A stretch of DNA of 64,000 nucleotides from Candidatus Bathyarchaeota archaeon (GTDB taxonomy: Archaea > Thermoproteota > Bathyarchaeia > TCS64): assembly GCA_963769425.1 (NCBI GenBank), contig CAVYLP010000006.1:832001-896000 (forward strand). Direction: 5' to 3'. The position numbers and the translations under genes are program-made. Numbering within the stretch: the first letter of the stretch is position 1; the number at the start of each line of letters is the position of its first letter. The notes under the pieces were generated by a model. That model was not told the DNA's origin and made no database searches. It was given only the letters and a program-made list of their open reading frames with translations. Below are positions 10,849-20,957 of this stretch, piece by piece.

Positions 10849-13266
10849 GTGATGAATGAAAGAATGGAATCGATCCTTGTTACTCCCGGTATCACCCTCT
10901 TCGAGCAAGTGGGTCTGATCGCTGTCGTTCTCACCGGAGTCGCGGCGCTGTTCTACGCCTGGTTCTTGGCTCGCAGGGTCCTCAAGGAGGATCCCGGGAC
11001 TCCCAAGATGCAGGAGGTCTCCGGCGCCATCAGGGAGGGGGCGATAGCCTATCTCAACAAGCAGATGTCCGTCGTCATACCGATCGCCATCATCTTGGCG
11101 TTCGCCATGTTCCTGACGGCATTCTTCGCGAGCTCGCCGCTGGAGATCTCCGTCGGGCGAGGCATCGCGTTGCTCTTCGGTGCTGCCTGCTCCCTAGCCA
11201 TAGGGCAGATCGGCTTGAGGTACATCGGCACACGTGCCAACGTACGTGTCGCCCAGAAGGCCCGTGCGGGCTCCTTTAAGGAGGCTCTCAAGGTGGCTTA
11301 CCACGCTGGGACCATCGCTGGCATGCTGGCTGATGGGCTCGGGCTGCTCGGCGGCACGACCATCCTTCTCCTCTACGGGACACACGCCCCCGAGGTACTC
11401 CTCGGCTTCGGCTTCGGTGGAACCATCCTCGCCATGTTCATGCGTGTCGGTGGTGGCATCTACACAAAGGCCGCTGACGTCGGCGCCGACCTAGTAGGAA
11501 AGGTCGAGCAGGGCATCCCAGAGGACGACCCGCGTAATGCGGCGACGATTGCCGACCTCGTGGGCGACAACGTCGGGGACTTCAGCGGGATGGCGGAGGA
11601 CGTCTTCGAGTCATACGAGGTCACAATCGTATCCGCCATGATCCTCGGCCTCGCCGTCATGCAGGTCGACCCGTCACACAGCCTGAAGTGGATAGTCTTC
11701 CCGATGCTTGTCAGAGCAATAGGCGTCTTCAGCTCAATAATCGGAACCTACACGGTCGCGCTCTGGCCGGTGAAGGAGGACGCCTTCCGCGCCATGGACA
11801 TCAGCTACGACCTATCATCCGTGATCTCAATAACGGCCTTCTTCCTGCTCTCCTGGTTCTACGCTCAGGACCTCAGGCTCTTCGCCGCGACGGCGACGGG
11901 TATACTGCTCGCCATCGCCTTCAACAAGTACACGGGCGCCTTCACCGAGCGAGGCTCGGGCGCAGTTAACGACATAGTAAATTCAGCGAAGTCCGGGCCC
12001 GCCCTCGTCATCCTGAGCGGACTCGCGTTGGGCTACGAGAGCACGGTCTGGGCACTACTCATCATCGTGGTGTCGATAATCCTCTCTATCTCCATCTACT
12101 CCTTCACCTTCCCTGCCGCAATGATAACTACGACGATGATAATCGTCGTCGTCGCCGCGCTCGCCATCGGCTACTTACTCGCCAAGCGCTCAAAGAAGGT
12201 CGAGCTGGGCGTCTTCGGTGCCGTTGCGGTAATCGTATTCGGCATCATCTTCACCAGCTTCAAGGTACCTGACACCAGCGCGGTGCTCTTCATCACCTAC
12301 TCCATCGCCCTGAGCGGTATCGGCATGCTAAGCCACACAGGCAACAACCTTGCCATGGACGCCTTCGGCCCAATCTCCGACAACGCGGGCGGAATCGCCG
12401 AAATGTGCAAGGAGGACTTTGACAGCGAGGAGGGGAAGAGAACCCTAGACGAGTTGGACGCGACGGGGAACACGACTAAGGCGATCACCAAGGGCATCGC
12501 CATCGCCTCCGCAGTCATCGCGGCCGTCAGCCTATTCAGCTCATATATCGAGACGCTCCAGGGATCTGGAGCCACGCGGATAGTCCTCGACCTGGCAGAC
12601 CCGCGTGTATTCATAGGCATCCTGATCGGAGGGGCGCTTCCCTTCCTGTTCAGCTCCGTGTTGTTGCGCGCGGTCCAGAGGGCCGCCTCCCTCATCGTCG
12701 ATGAGGTGCGCAAGCAGTTCCACATCCCCGGCGTCATGGAGGGCAAGGTCAAGCCCAACTACGGCGCCGTCGTGACGATCTGCACTCAGGCAGCGCAGAG
12801 CGAACTCATCAGCGTCGCACTGCTCGCTGTCTTGATGCCAATCGTCGTGGGTCTGCTGATCGGCGACCTCGCACTAGGCGGTTTCCTCGCCGGGATAATC
12901 GTCAGCGGTCAGCTGCTGGCGGTCTTCATGGCGAATGCTGGAGGAGCCTGGGACAACGCTAAGAAGCAGATCGAGGGGGAGCCCAGCGATATAGCGAAAA
13001 ACACTGGTAAGCGCTCCGAGAGGCATAAAGCGACCGTTATCGGCGACACGGTCGGCGACCCGTTGAAGGACACTGCGGGACCCGCCCTCAACCCGATGAT
13101 CAAGGTCGTGAACCTCGTCTCGCTCCTCATTGCCCCGCTGCTGCTCGTCGTCTCACATGGGAACGCGACCATGCAGTTGCTAGGCTACGGTATAGGCGGT
13201 GTCTTCCTCCTAGTGATAGCCTTCGCGGTTTTCAGGAGCAAGAGAGCGAACCCATATCAGCAGTAG
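10849..13266 (+). CDS. hppA: Membrane-bound ion-translocating pyrophosphatase, K+-independent type
   Basis: GGGIYTKAADVGADLVGKVE, EDDPRN, GPISDNAGG, GNTTKA (Lys = K+-independent), GDTVGDPLKDTAGP. Confidence 0.96.
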   Translation: MMNERMESILVTPGITLFEQVGLIAVVLTGVAALFYAWFLARRVLKEDPGTPKMQEVSGAIREGAIAYLNKQMSVVIPIAIILAFAMFLTAFFASSPLEISVGRGIALLFGAACSLAIGQIGLRYIGTRANVRVAQKARAGSFKEALKVAYHAGTIAGMLADGLGLLGGTTILLLYGTHAPEVLLGFGFGGTILAMFMRVGGGIYTKAADVGADLVGKVEQGIPEDDPRNAATIADLVGDNVGDFSGMAEDVFESYEVTIVSAMILGLAVMQVDPSHSLKWIVFPMLVRAIGVFSSIIGTYTVALWPVKEDAFRAMDISYDLSSVISITAFFLLSWFYAQDLRLFAATATGILLAIAFNKYTGAFTERGSGAVNDIVNSAKSGPALVILSGLALGYESTVWALLIIVVSIILSISIYSFTFPAAMITTTMIIVVVAALAIGYLLAKRSKKVELGVFGAVAVIVFGIIFTSFKVPDTSAVLFITYSIALSGIGMLSHTGNNLAMDAFGPISDNAGGIAEMCKEDFDSEEGKRTLDELDATGNTTKAITKGIAIASAVIAAVSLFSSYIETLQGSGATRIVLDLADPRVFIGILIGGALPFLFSSVLLRAVQRAASLIVDEVRKQFHIPGVMEGKVKPNYGAVVTICTQAAQSELISVALLAVLMPIVVGLLIGDLALGGFLAGIIVSGQLLAVFMANAGGAWDNAKKQIEGEPSDIAKNTGKRSERHKATVIGDTVGDPLKDTAGPALNPMIKVVNLVSLLIAPLLLVVSHGNATMQLLGYGIGGVFLLVIAFAVFRSKRANPYQQ

Positions 13267-13276
13267 GAGATGCTAA

Positions 13277-13292
13277 AGGCGGGAAACCGCCT
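13277..13292 (+). terminator. GNRA-capped hairpin after hppA (putative terminator/3' stabiliser)
   Basis: AGGCGG-GAAA-CCGCCT 10 nt after the stop, followed by T-rich sequence. Confidence 0.4.
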
Positions 13293-13415
13293 CTGGCCAT
13301 TTTAATTCAATTTGATGGACAAGGATAGGTGATTCCATCTTAACTAAAATTTTCGTTTAAGCCGACAACCTGAGACGAATCAACGTTAAATCCGGATCCG
13401 ACCCACCTATCAACT

Positions 13416-14714
13416 ATGTCCAAGGAATCGATCAAGAAGAGGGTCCTCGACGCGATAGACGCGCGCGCCGATGAGATAATCGAGGTCGGCGAGACTATCT
13501 GGGGGAAGCCGGAGCTCGGCTTCAAAGAATGGAAGACGGCCGAGCTCGCGGAGAGGAAGTACGGCGAGTTGGGGTGGATCTATGAGTCGAAGATTGGGAT
13601 CACAGGCTCGAAGGCATACCTGAAAAAGGGTGGGAGGGGCCCCGTCATAGGTGTGATCGGCGAGCTGGACGCAATACGCGTCCCCGACCACCCGGAGTGC
13701 GACCCCATCACGGGCGCGGCCCACAGCTGCGGCCACAACGCGCAGATGGCCGCGATGCTCGGCGCAGGCTTCGGCCTCAACGATGTGATGGGTGAGCTCG
13801 ACGGGAACGTCGCACTCCTAGCCGTCCCCGCGGAGGAGTACTTAGAGATCGACTACCGGAACAGCCTCAGGGAGAAGGGGAAGCTAGAGTTCTTCGGTGG
13901 GAAGCAGGAGTTCATACGCGTCGGGGCCATGAATGACATCGCCATAAGCCTCGGCAGCCACACCGACAGCGAGATCATCGAGAAGCTGAGCGTCGGGGGC
14001 AGCAACAACGGCTTCGTGGGGAAGATGGTCCACTACATAGGGCTTGAGGCACACGCCGGTGGGAGCCCCCACAAGGGGATAAACGCCCTCAATGCGGCGA
14101 TGCTCGGCCTCATGGGTATACACGCCCAGCGCGAGACCTTCAGGGACGAGGACAACATCAGGGTCCACCCAATAATCACGAAGGGGGGCGAGATCGTGAA
14201 CAACGTCCCCGCAGACGTGCGGATGGAGAGCTACGTCAGGGGAAAGACCGTCGAAGCCATCAAGGACGCCAACGTGAAGGTGAACAGGGCCCTGAAGGCG
14301 GGGGCGATGGCGGTTGGCGCAGAGTGCGAGATCGACGACCACCCCGGCTACATGCCCTACATAAAGGACGCCACCCTCGACGCGGTCCTCAAGGCGAACG
14401 CTGCTTCACTCGTCGGGGACGAGCAGATCAAGGTGAAGGGCCACTCAACCGGCTCCACTGACCTCGGCGACGTGAGCTGCATAATGCCGACGACGAGCAT
14501 AGGCATGGGCGGATGCACAGGCAGGGGGCATGGACGCGACTACAAGATAGTCGACAAGCAGGTCGCCTATGTCCTCCCCGCAAAGGTGATGGCTCTCACG
14601 TGCGTGGACCTCCTATACGATAAGGCGAAGCTCGCGAAGGAGATCACTAAGGGCTTCAAGCCGACCATCCCGCCGGAGGACTACACGGGCTTCATGCAGA
14701 GGCTCGTCGCCTAA
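13416..14714 (+). CDS. M20 family amidohydrolase
   Basis: PELGFKE, GELDA, HSCGHN, PAEE, AHAGGSP, GSTDLGD. Confidence 0.92.
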   Translation: MSKESIKKRVLDAIDARADEIIEVGETIWGKPELGFKEWKTAELAERKYGELGWIYESKIGITGSKAYLKKGGRGPVIGVIGELDAIRVPDHPECDPITGAAHSCGHNAQMAAMLGAGFGLNDVMGELDGNVALLAVPAEEYLEIDYRNSLREKGKLEFFGGKQEFIRVGAMNDIAISLGSHTDSEIIEKLSVGGSNNGFVGKMVHYIGLEAHAGGSPHKGINALNAAMLGLMGIHAQRETFRDEDNIRVHPIITKGGEIVNNVPADVRMESYVRGKTVEAIKDANVKVNRALKAGAMAVGAECEIDDHPGYMPYIKDATLDAVLKANAASLVGDEQIKVKGHSTGSTDLGDVSCIMPTTSIGMGGCTGRGHGRDYKIVDKQVAYVLPAKVMALTCVDLLYDKAKLAKEITKGFKPTIPPEDYTGFMQRLVA

Positions 14715-14762
14715 ACCATTTATCCTCCCCTTTCCCCCCTCCACCAGGGAGCTTGCTTCGAC

Positions 14763-15590
14763 TTGATGGAGTTCAGGGAGATAGCTAAGGGGGTCAGCAT
14801 TCCCATCCTCGGCCTAGGAACCTGGGGCATGGGTGGTAGAGAGACCCCGGACAAGGCGAGGGACAGCGACACTGTGACCGCCATCCGGATGGCGGTGGAG
14901 CTGGGGCTGACCCACATCGACACCGCTGAGTACTACGGCGCGGGCCACGCCGAGGAGCTCGTCGGCGAGGCCATCGACGGGATGGACCGTGAGAAGCTCT
15001 TCATAACCTCCAAGGTTTGGCACAACCACCTCCACAGGGACGACCTTCTCCGATCGATGAGGGCGAGCCTCGAGCGCCTCGGCACCGACTACGTCGACCT
15101 CTACCTCGTCCACTGGCCGAACCCCGATGTCCCCCTCAAGGTGACTATGGGGGCGATGGAGGAGTGCCTCCGTGAGGGGCATACCCGCTTCATAGGTGTC
15201 AGTAACTTCAGTGCCCAGCTCATGGAGGAGGCCCAGAGACACCTCGGCGAGGCGAAGCTCGTCGCCAACCAGGTCCAGTACAGCCTCCTCGACCAGAAGC
15301 CCCGAATGGAGCTTCTACCCACGTGCCGCAAGATGGGGGTTAGCCTCATCGCCTACAGGCCGCTTGAGAGGGGGGCCATACTCCAGACCCCAAACCCGGT
15401 CATGGACGAGATAGCTGAGGCACACGGCAAGACCCGGGTGCAGGTCGCCCTCAACTGGCTGATAGCACAGGAGAACGTCTTCACCATCCCCAAGTCGACA
15501 AACCCCATACACATAATGGAGTTCATGGGCGCACTTGGCTGGCGTCTCACCACCGAGGAGTGGAGCCGCCTCGCCGATGCATACAGGTGA
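14763..15590 (+). CDS. Aldo/keto reductase
   Basis: LGLGTWGMGG, IDTAEYY, ITSK, DLYLVHWP, IGVSNF, IPKS. Confidence 0.93.
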   Translation: MMEFREIAKGVSIPILGLGTWGMGGRETPDKARDSDTVTAIRMAVELGLTHIDTAEYYGAGHAEELVGEAIDGMDREKLFITSKVWHNHLHRDDLLRSMRASLERLGTDYVDLYLVHWPNPDVPLKVTMGAMEECLREGHTRFIGVSNFSAQLMEEAQRHLGEAKLVANQVQYSLLDQKPRMELLPTCRKMGVSLIAYRPLERGAILQTPNPVMDEIAEAHGKTRVQVALNWLIAQENVFTIPKSTNPIHIMEFMGALGWRLTTEEWSRLADAYR

Positions 15591-16518
15591 GGCGTCGACG
15601 GGAATCCCTGCCGACGCGGCGGGCGTCACCGGGTGGCTCATAGAGAGGGGGGCGGGCCTCGGATTTCACGCCGAGGGAAACCTCGTGAGCAGGGAGGACG
15701 GGGCAGTCGCCGACGTAGCCTACTCCCTCAACCATGGTCAGAAGCCGGTTCTCACCTTCACCGTCGAGGACTCTGACCCTGTGAGGCTCATCATGGGCGC
15801 CTTCCAGTGGACGGGCTCCTCCACCGAGCCCAAGTCGTGGATGCACATCTGCGTCTTCCTCGGCGACGCCTTGGTTATCCCCTCGATCCCGAGTACGGCT
15901 AAACAATACGATACCAAGAGCCTAGTTCGCCTACCTCACGACATAGATGAGGTCGCAGCGCATATGGTCAGGCTTCTGTCCCACTACTCCGCCCCCGAGA
16001 CCACAGATACGGGGGAGGGGGTCAGAAGATTGACCGCGGCCACCGCCGATTGGCCCAAAGGCAGAGGAAACACTCGCCTAAGTTACAAGGCCTCGACCAA
16101 CTTAACGGGCGACGGGTTTGGCCTATTCTCCGCGGAGGACGCTGAGGATGGTGAGGCTGGAACAATTCTACGGCCGAGCCGCAAGGTTGTCCCCCTTGAT
16201 TTCGTAGGTGGCGGCGTGTCCTTCGAGGGCGCGCTAATGAGGCTCGTAGAAGCTAAACCCGCTCAGCTTCTCCTCTCATCGGAGCACAGGAACTACCCGT
16301 TCATCCTCCATCTTACCTCGCCTGAGGGCGGCGGCGAATCAACGCTCGACCTCTGGTTCGACGTGGAGAAGTCGAACATCCCACAGGCTCTGGAGTTCTG
16401 GTCGCTCGTCGAGGCCGTTGAGTCCTCCAAGGCCCTGACCATCGCGGGGCCCTCGGGCGAGTTGGCGGCGCTGACCTCGATTAGAACGGCTCCTCATCCA
16501 GGACCCTCTTCGGCTTGA
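15577..16518 (+). CDS. Hypothetical protein
   Basis: Long ORF overlapping the AKR stop; no confidently recognised family. Confidence 0.65.
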   Translation: MHTGEASTGIPADAAGVTGWLIERGAGLGFHAEGNLVSREDGAVADVAYSLNHGQKPVLTFTVEDSDPVRLIMGAFQWTGSSTEPKSWMHICVFLGDALVIPSIPSTAKQYDTKSLVRLPHDIDEVAAHMVRLLSHYSAPETTDTGEGVRRLTAATADWPKGRGNTRLSYKASTNLTGDGFGLFSAEDAEDGEAGTILRPSRKVVPLDFVGGGVSFEGALMRLVEAKPAQLLLSSEHRNYPFILHLTSPEGGGESTLDLWFDVEKSNIPQALEFWSLVEAVESSKALTIAGPSGELAALTSIRTAPHPGPSSA

Positions 16519-17761
16519 AGTGCCACTCGAAGAGGCTCGCAGCGAGGAAGAGGGAGATGCTGCTGAGGAGGAAAGTCACTGAGTAACTGAAGAAGAAGCT
16601 GATGTTCCCGCTCAGGAAGCTCCCGAGGAACATTGCTATGCTGCCCATCGCGCTATAGACGCCGAGGGTCTGACCCTGCCCCTCCTTCGGCAGAAACCTG
16701 TAGAGGAGGGCGTTCATCCCGATCGTGATGTTCGTGTAGGCCATGCCAATGAGGAGGTAGAGGAGGAGGGTCACGTAGAGCACGTCGTGGCCGACGAAGT
16801 AGAGGCTGCAGATCGCGGCGAAGAGGAAGGCCATTCCGCGGAGGGAGAGGAACTCAATCATCAACCCCGGGTTGCCCTCCTTGCTGAAGCCGCTGAGCCT
16901 CTGTGAGCTGGCAAGGCCGTTTATGCAGGTCATGAAGATGCTTAGGCCCGTGATCTCGAGGTTGGTCAGTGCGTTTGACTTGAGGAAGGGCGTGTAGCTT
17001 GTGAAGAATAGGTTGGCGCCTAGGAAGAAGAGGGCGTTCGTCGCCATGATGATCGGGATGTCCCTCCTGACGGTGCTCCGAGCGTCCCGCACGATGCCCT
17101 TCAGGTCGTCCATCTTCGGCGTCTTCAGGAGAAGCACTGGGAGGTGGGCGAGCCGCGTCATCAATGCCTCGGGGTTGAGGGCGATCGCCTGCCTCTCCGT
17201 CACGGCCTTGACCTCCTTCACTGTTATCAACGAGAGCACGATGAGCGTCGAGCTGAAAAATATGGGGAGCAGGGCCATGGCAGTCAGCGGCAGGGCGGTT
17301 AGTACTACGAAGCCGAGCGCGTTTCCCGTCAGGCTCCCGTAGATCATGTACTTGAAGCTCAGGGCGCTACCCTCACTCAGGTTCTCCTTCGCGACGGTGT
17401 CCATCAGGAGGAGGCTGAAGACTGTGGGGCTGAAGCTGCTGAAGAAGCTGTAGATGGCGTAGAAGCCGATGATGAAGTTGACATCCCCAGTCATTGCTAT
17501 GAGGCTGAGGGTCATCAGCTGCCCCACGGCACTCAGGATGAGTATCGGCCTCCTCTTGCCGAGGTAGTCGGCTATCCTCCCGCCGATGAAGGCGGAGGGT
17601 ATGAGGGAGATGTTGTAGGCCGAGCTGGCGAGCCCGACTGCGATTACGCTCCCACCGAGGTCGAGTATGCGCAGCGTGACGTATGTGCCGATGCAGCTCT
17701 GTATCGCGTAGAAGGGGATGATGGCGTAGAGCCAGCGGGGCTTCACGAACTTCTCCGCCAA
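16481..17761 (-). CDS. MFS transporter
   Basis: About 12 hydrophobic segments; motif A GRIADYLGKRR. Confidence 0.88.
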   Translation of the reverse strand: MAEKFVKPRWLYAIIPFYAIQSCIGTYVTLRILDLGGSVIAVGLASSAYNISLIPSAFIGGRIADYLGKRRPILILSAVGQLMTLSLIAMTGDVNFIIGFYAIYSFFSSFSPTVFSLLLMDTVAKENLSEGSALSFKYMIYGSLTGNALGFVVLTALPLTAMALLPIFFSSTLIVLSLITVKEVKAVTERQAIALNPEALMTRLAHLPVLLLKTPKMDDLKGIVRDARSTVRRDIPIIMATNALFFLGANLFFTSYTPFLKSNALTNLEITGLSIFMTCINGLASSQRLSGFSKEGNPGLMIEFLSLRGMAFLFAAICSLYFVGHDVLYVTLLLYLLIGMAYTNITIGMNALLYRFLPKEGQGQTLGVYSAMGSIAMFLGSFLSGNISFFFSYSVTFLLSSISLFLAASLFEWHFKPKRVLDEEPF

Positions 17762-17865
17762 GTTTTAATCTACCACGACTCAGATACCTGCGTTAATCTC
17801 CTAGGATTAATAAGGGTTGATGGCTTACGAGGCGCTCGAGCTTCTCATGGTGGCTCCTCCCGATC

Positions 17866-19491
17866 GTGACGGGCGTCGTCGCGGGGATAGCGGCCTCGGG
17901 GATAAACGGTCTCATCTTCTACGCCTGGGAGATGTTCTACAAGGACGCGCTGAAGACACCCACGCTCTTCTTCGTCTTCCCCTTCACAGGCCTCGTCCTC
18001 AGCTACTTCCTCGTCCACCTCCTCGCGTGGTACAGGACGCCTAAGAGCAGCTTCCACATGATACTGGAGGTCTTCCACCTGACGCCGAGCGGCATGATGC
18101 CGCGTGAGGCGATAGTGAAGACGGCGTCGGGTGTCGCCACCTCGATCTTCGGAGGCTCCGCTGGCCCCGAGGGCCCCTCCACGGTCATCTCGGGTGGCTT
18201 CTCGAGCTGGCTGAACAAGGTACTCCGCCTCCGGATGGACTCGGGGAAGGCGCTCATGATCGGAGTCGCCGCGGGCTTCTCCGCCGCCTTCAAGACGCCC
18301 CTCACGGGGCTCCTCTTCGCCCTCGAGCTCCCATATAGAAGGGACCTTGAGAAGGAGTCCTTCATCGAGGCAGCTATTGCCAGCTCGACGGCGTACTTGG
18401 TCTCGGTAGCAGTTGGGGCACCCAGTCTAGTCCCAAACATACAGCTCGACGTTCCGGTTTTGCCGATCGTCTGGCTTCCCATCGCGATGGGCTTCGGTCT
18501 CGCCACGGGTGGGATCGTCTTCGTCTTCACAAGCGTATACGCGGGCTGCGAGAGGCTCGCCAAGCAGATCATACTCAAGGGGGGGTACCCGCTGATGCTT
18601 CTGATCGGTGGCTTCGTCCTCGGCGCGATCGGGTACTTCGCGCCAGAGGCAGTTGGTCCCGGTTTCCAGATGGTCCCGCTCCTCACCGGTGGCTCGCTGA
18701 TGGCGCTTGGCGTGGTTCTCCTGCTGAGGACTGTAGCCACGGGTGTGACGATGAACTTCGGTGGGACCGGAGGGCTCTTTTTACCCACCCTGCTGCTCGG
18801 CGGAGCCTGGGGCGCGATCGTCGGCACGGCTCTGCTCCCCGCGATGACACCGGTCTTCATACTCATGGGCATGGCGGCCTTCTCCGCCGGTGTCCACAAG
18901 ATGATGCTCACCCCGATAATCTTCATCGCTGAGGTCTTCGGAGCCCACACCATCATACCCATCATACTCGCCACCGTCGTCTGCTTCTTCGTCTCAGGCG
19001 CCTACAGCTTCTACCCCATCCAGCCTGCCAACAAGGTCAGCCATGAGGAGCTCGCGCTAGAGAGGTTCTACTACAAGGTGATGAGGAGCAGGCCGAAGGA
19101 GCTGGAGAAGCTCACGGCGAGGGACATCAGCACAAAGAACCCCCTAAGGCTCGCCGCGAGCATAAGCGTCAGGGAAGCAATGGAGGCCTTCGGGAAGACG
19201 AGCTTCCGCCTCATGCCCGTCGTCGACAGGGAGGAGCACGTAATTGGCTACGTCACCCTTGAAGACCTCGCCTTCCTCTCAAAGACACTGCTCGACACGC
19301 CGCTGAGCACGGTTGAGTTACAGGCCCCCATGGTCTTCCGCGAGGAGGAGCACGTTATGAAGGTCATCGAGGAGATGATCGAGAGGGAGGAGGACCACTG
19401 CTTCGTCGTCGATGGGGCAGGTAAGCTCACGGGCATCATCTCGACGATAGATGTGACGCGCCTGCTGATGCGCTACTACACTCAGGTCTAG
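17866..19491 (+). CDS. CLC chloride channel/antiporter with two CBS domains
   Basis: GGSAGPEGP (gating Glu), AAFKTPLTG..FALE, GGLFLP; C-terminal CBS pair. Confidence 0.9.
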   Translation: MTGVVAGIAASGINGLIFYAWEMFYKDALKTPTLFFVFPFTGLVLSYFLVHLLAWYRTPKSSFHMILEVFHLTPSGMMPREAIVKTASGVATSIFGGSAGPEGPSTVISGGFSSWLNKVLRLRMDSGKALMIGVAAGFSAAFKTPLTGLLFALELPYRRDLEKESFIEAAIASSTAYLVSVAVGAPSLVPNIQLDVPVLPIVWLPIAMGFGLATGGIVFVFTSVYAGCERLAKQIILKGGYPLMLLIGGFVLGAIGYFAPEAVGPGFQMVPLLTGGSLMALGVVLLLRTVATGVTMNFGGTGGLFLPTLLLGGAWGAIVGTALLPAMTPVFILMGMAAFSAGVHKMMLTPIIFIAEVFGAHTIIPIILATVVCFFVSGAYSFYPIQPANKVSHEELALERFYYKVMRSRPKELEKLTARDISTKNPLRLAASISVREAMEAFGKTSFRLMPVVDREEHVIGYVTLEDLAFLSKTLLDTPLSTVELQAPMVFREEEHVMKVIEEMIEREEDHCFVVDGAGKLTGIISTIDVTRLLMRYYTQV

Positions 19492-19547
19492 GCTAAACCC
19501 TCCAATATTATATAGCCGGCGCGGCGGATGGTGAAGAGTAACCCGCC

Positions 19548-20414
19548 TTGGACCTCAGCGCCGTCCCCCCGATGCTCTTCATAGTATCCGGGATAGTCAC
19601 CATCACAGGCATCAACGTCACCAACAGGTTCGCCATCGGATTTATCAAGACCCGCTGGGGCGTAATCGCCGCGAACTACTGCACGGCCCTCGCACTCAGC
19701 GCTGGGATGTTCCTCATAAATGGCCTCCCCCCAGCCTCGGCCCTCACCCTCGGCCTCGGCTTCGTCACCGGCTTCCTCTACATCGGCGGCATGTACCTCG
19801 GCATGACAACCATCGGCAGACGCGGGGCGTCGATAGCCGTCTCCGCCAATCAGCTATCCGTCCTCATCCCCGTCAGCCTATCAGTCCTCGTCTTCGGCGA
19901 GAGCCTGAGGACAAATCAGTTAATCGGCGTCGCCGTGGCGCTCATCTCCCTTCCCCTCCTCGCTGCCAAGATAGGCGGGGGCCTGAACGGGTCACTTGAC
20001 AGGGAGACCCTTGTCCTCATAATCACCCAGCTCTTCGTGCAGGGATTCGCACAGTTCTCCTCCAAGGTACTCGTCGCGTCAGGCCTCGGCCCGGAGAGGG
20101 ACGCCTTCTTCCTCGCCGTCTTCACCTCCGCGACACTCGTCACCGTCCCCGTCGCCCTAAGGCACCGCGCCGAGATAGCTAGGAAGGACTACGCCTACGG
20201 GGGCGTCGTCGGTGCCTGCAACATCGGCGGTAACCTCTCCATCCTGCTTGCCTTGGCAGCCCTCCCCGGCGCGATAGTGTTCCCCCTAGTCAATTCAGGA
20301 GGCCTCCTGCTCGTCACAATAATCGCCTGGCTCCTCTTCAAGGAGCGAATAAACAGGGTAAACGCCCTCGGCATCGCCTTGACCCTCGCAGCGGTCCTTC
20401 TCATCAACATCTAG
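19548..20414 (+). CDS. DMT/EamA family transporter
   Basis: Ten TM segments in two repeats ending VFGE.L and LFKE.I. Confidence 0.85.
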   Translation: MDLSAVPPMLFIVSGIVTITGINVTNRFAIGFIKTRWGVIAANYCTALALSAGMFLINGLPPASALTLGLGFVTGFLYIGGMYLGMTTIGRRGASIAVSANQLSVLIPVSLSVLVFGESLRTNQLIGVAVALISLPLLAAKIGGGLNGSLDRETLVLIITQLFVQGFAQFSSKVLVASGLGPERDAFFLAVFTSATLVTVPVALRHRAEIARKDYAYGGVVGACNIGGNLSILLALAALPGAIVFPLVNSGGLLLVTIIAWLLFKERINRVNALGIALTLAAVLLINI

Positions 20415-20440
20415 CACATACGTAGCGGTGGGCTCTCAGT

Positions 20441-20830
20441 CTATCCCTTAACCTTCCCCTCTGGCCTGATCCTCATCGCTGACCAGTCGCCATCCATCGA
20501 GACGAGTGCAACCGGCCTGTATCCCGTTGGCTTGATCAGCTCCCAGATTATGTCCCTGTTAAGGTCGGTCTTGATCGATGAACCGCCCTTCGGATACGCG
20601 AGCCAGAGAAGGCTGTCCTCCTCGATCCCCCTGATCGTCTCAGCGAATAACCGGTCCAGCTCAGACATGTTCCTGATGAACAGGATGGTAAACTGGGCTT
20701 TTGGTGCCTTCAGAGACTTTGAGAAGCCTAGACCGCTGAAGACTTCCTCATACTCCCTCGGTGCATTCAGCACCACCGCCCTAAGATCGGCACTGTACCT
20801 CAGCTTCTTTAGAAGGCTCTCGGTATCCAT
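20441..20830 (-). CDS. Conserved hypothetical protein (DUF3052-like)
   Basis: LWLAYPK..S.IKTDLNRD and VSMDGDWSAMR motifs seen in a widespread small family. Confidence 0.7.
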   Translation of the reverse strand: MDTESLLKKLRYSADLRAVVLNAPREYEEVFSGLGFSKSLKAPKAQFTILFIRNMSELDRLFAETIRGIEEDSLLWLAYPKGGSSIKTDLNRDIIWELIKPTGYRPVALVSMDGDWSAMRIRPEGKVKG

Positions 20831-20957
20831 CGATGAAAAAACGATGCTGGGCTTAATGAAGGCGACTCTTTACCCCGCGCGCGCAGAGTTTAGCATTTTT
20901 GAGATTGCTGCACTCCAATTTTTATTTACTAGAGCGCTCAGTTACTAGTGATTGATT

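Noticed and set aside
18003-18974. 323-aa antisense ORF within the CLC gene
   Set aside because: Shadow ORF of a well-supported sense gene
17866-19491. CLC-F fluoride exporter with fluoride riboswitch
   Set aside because: Lacks GNNLI/GREGT/GEVTP motifs, and no GGCGATGG riboswitch core upstream
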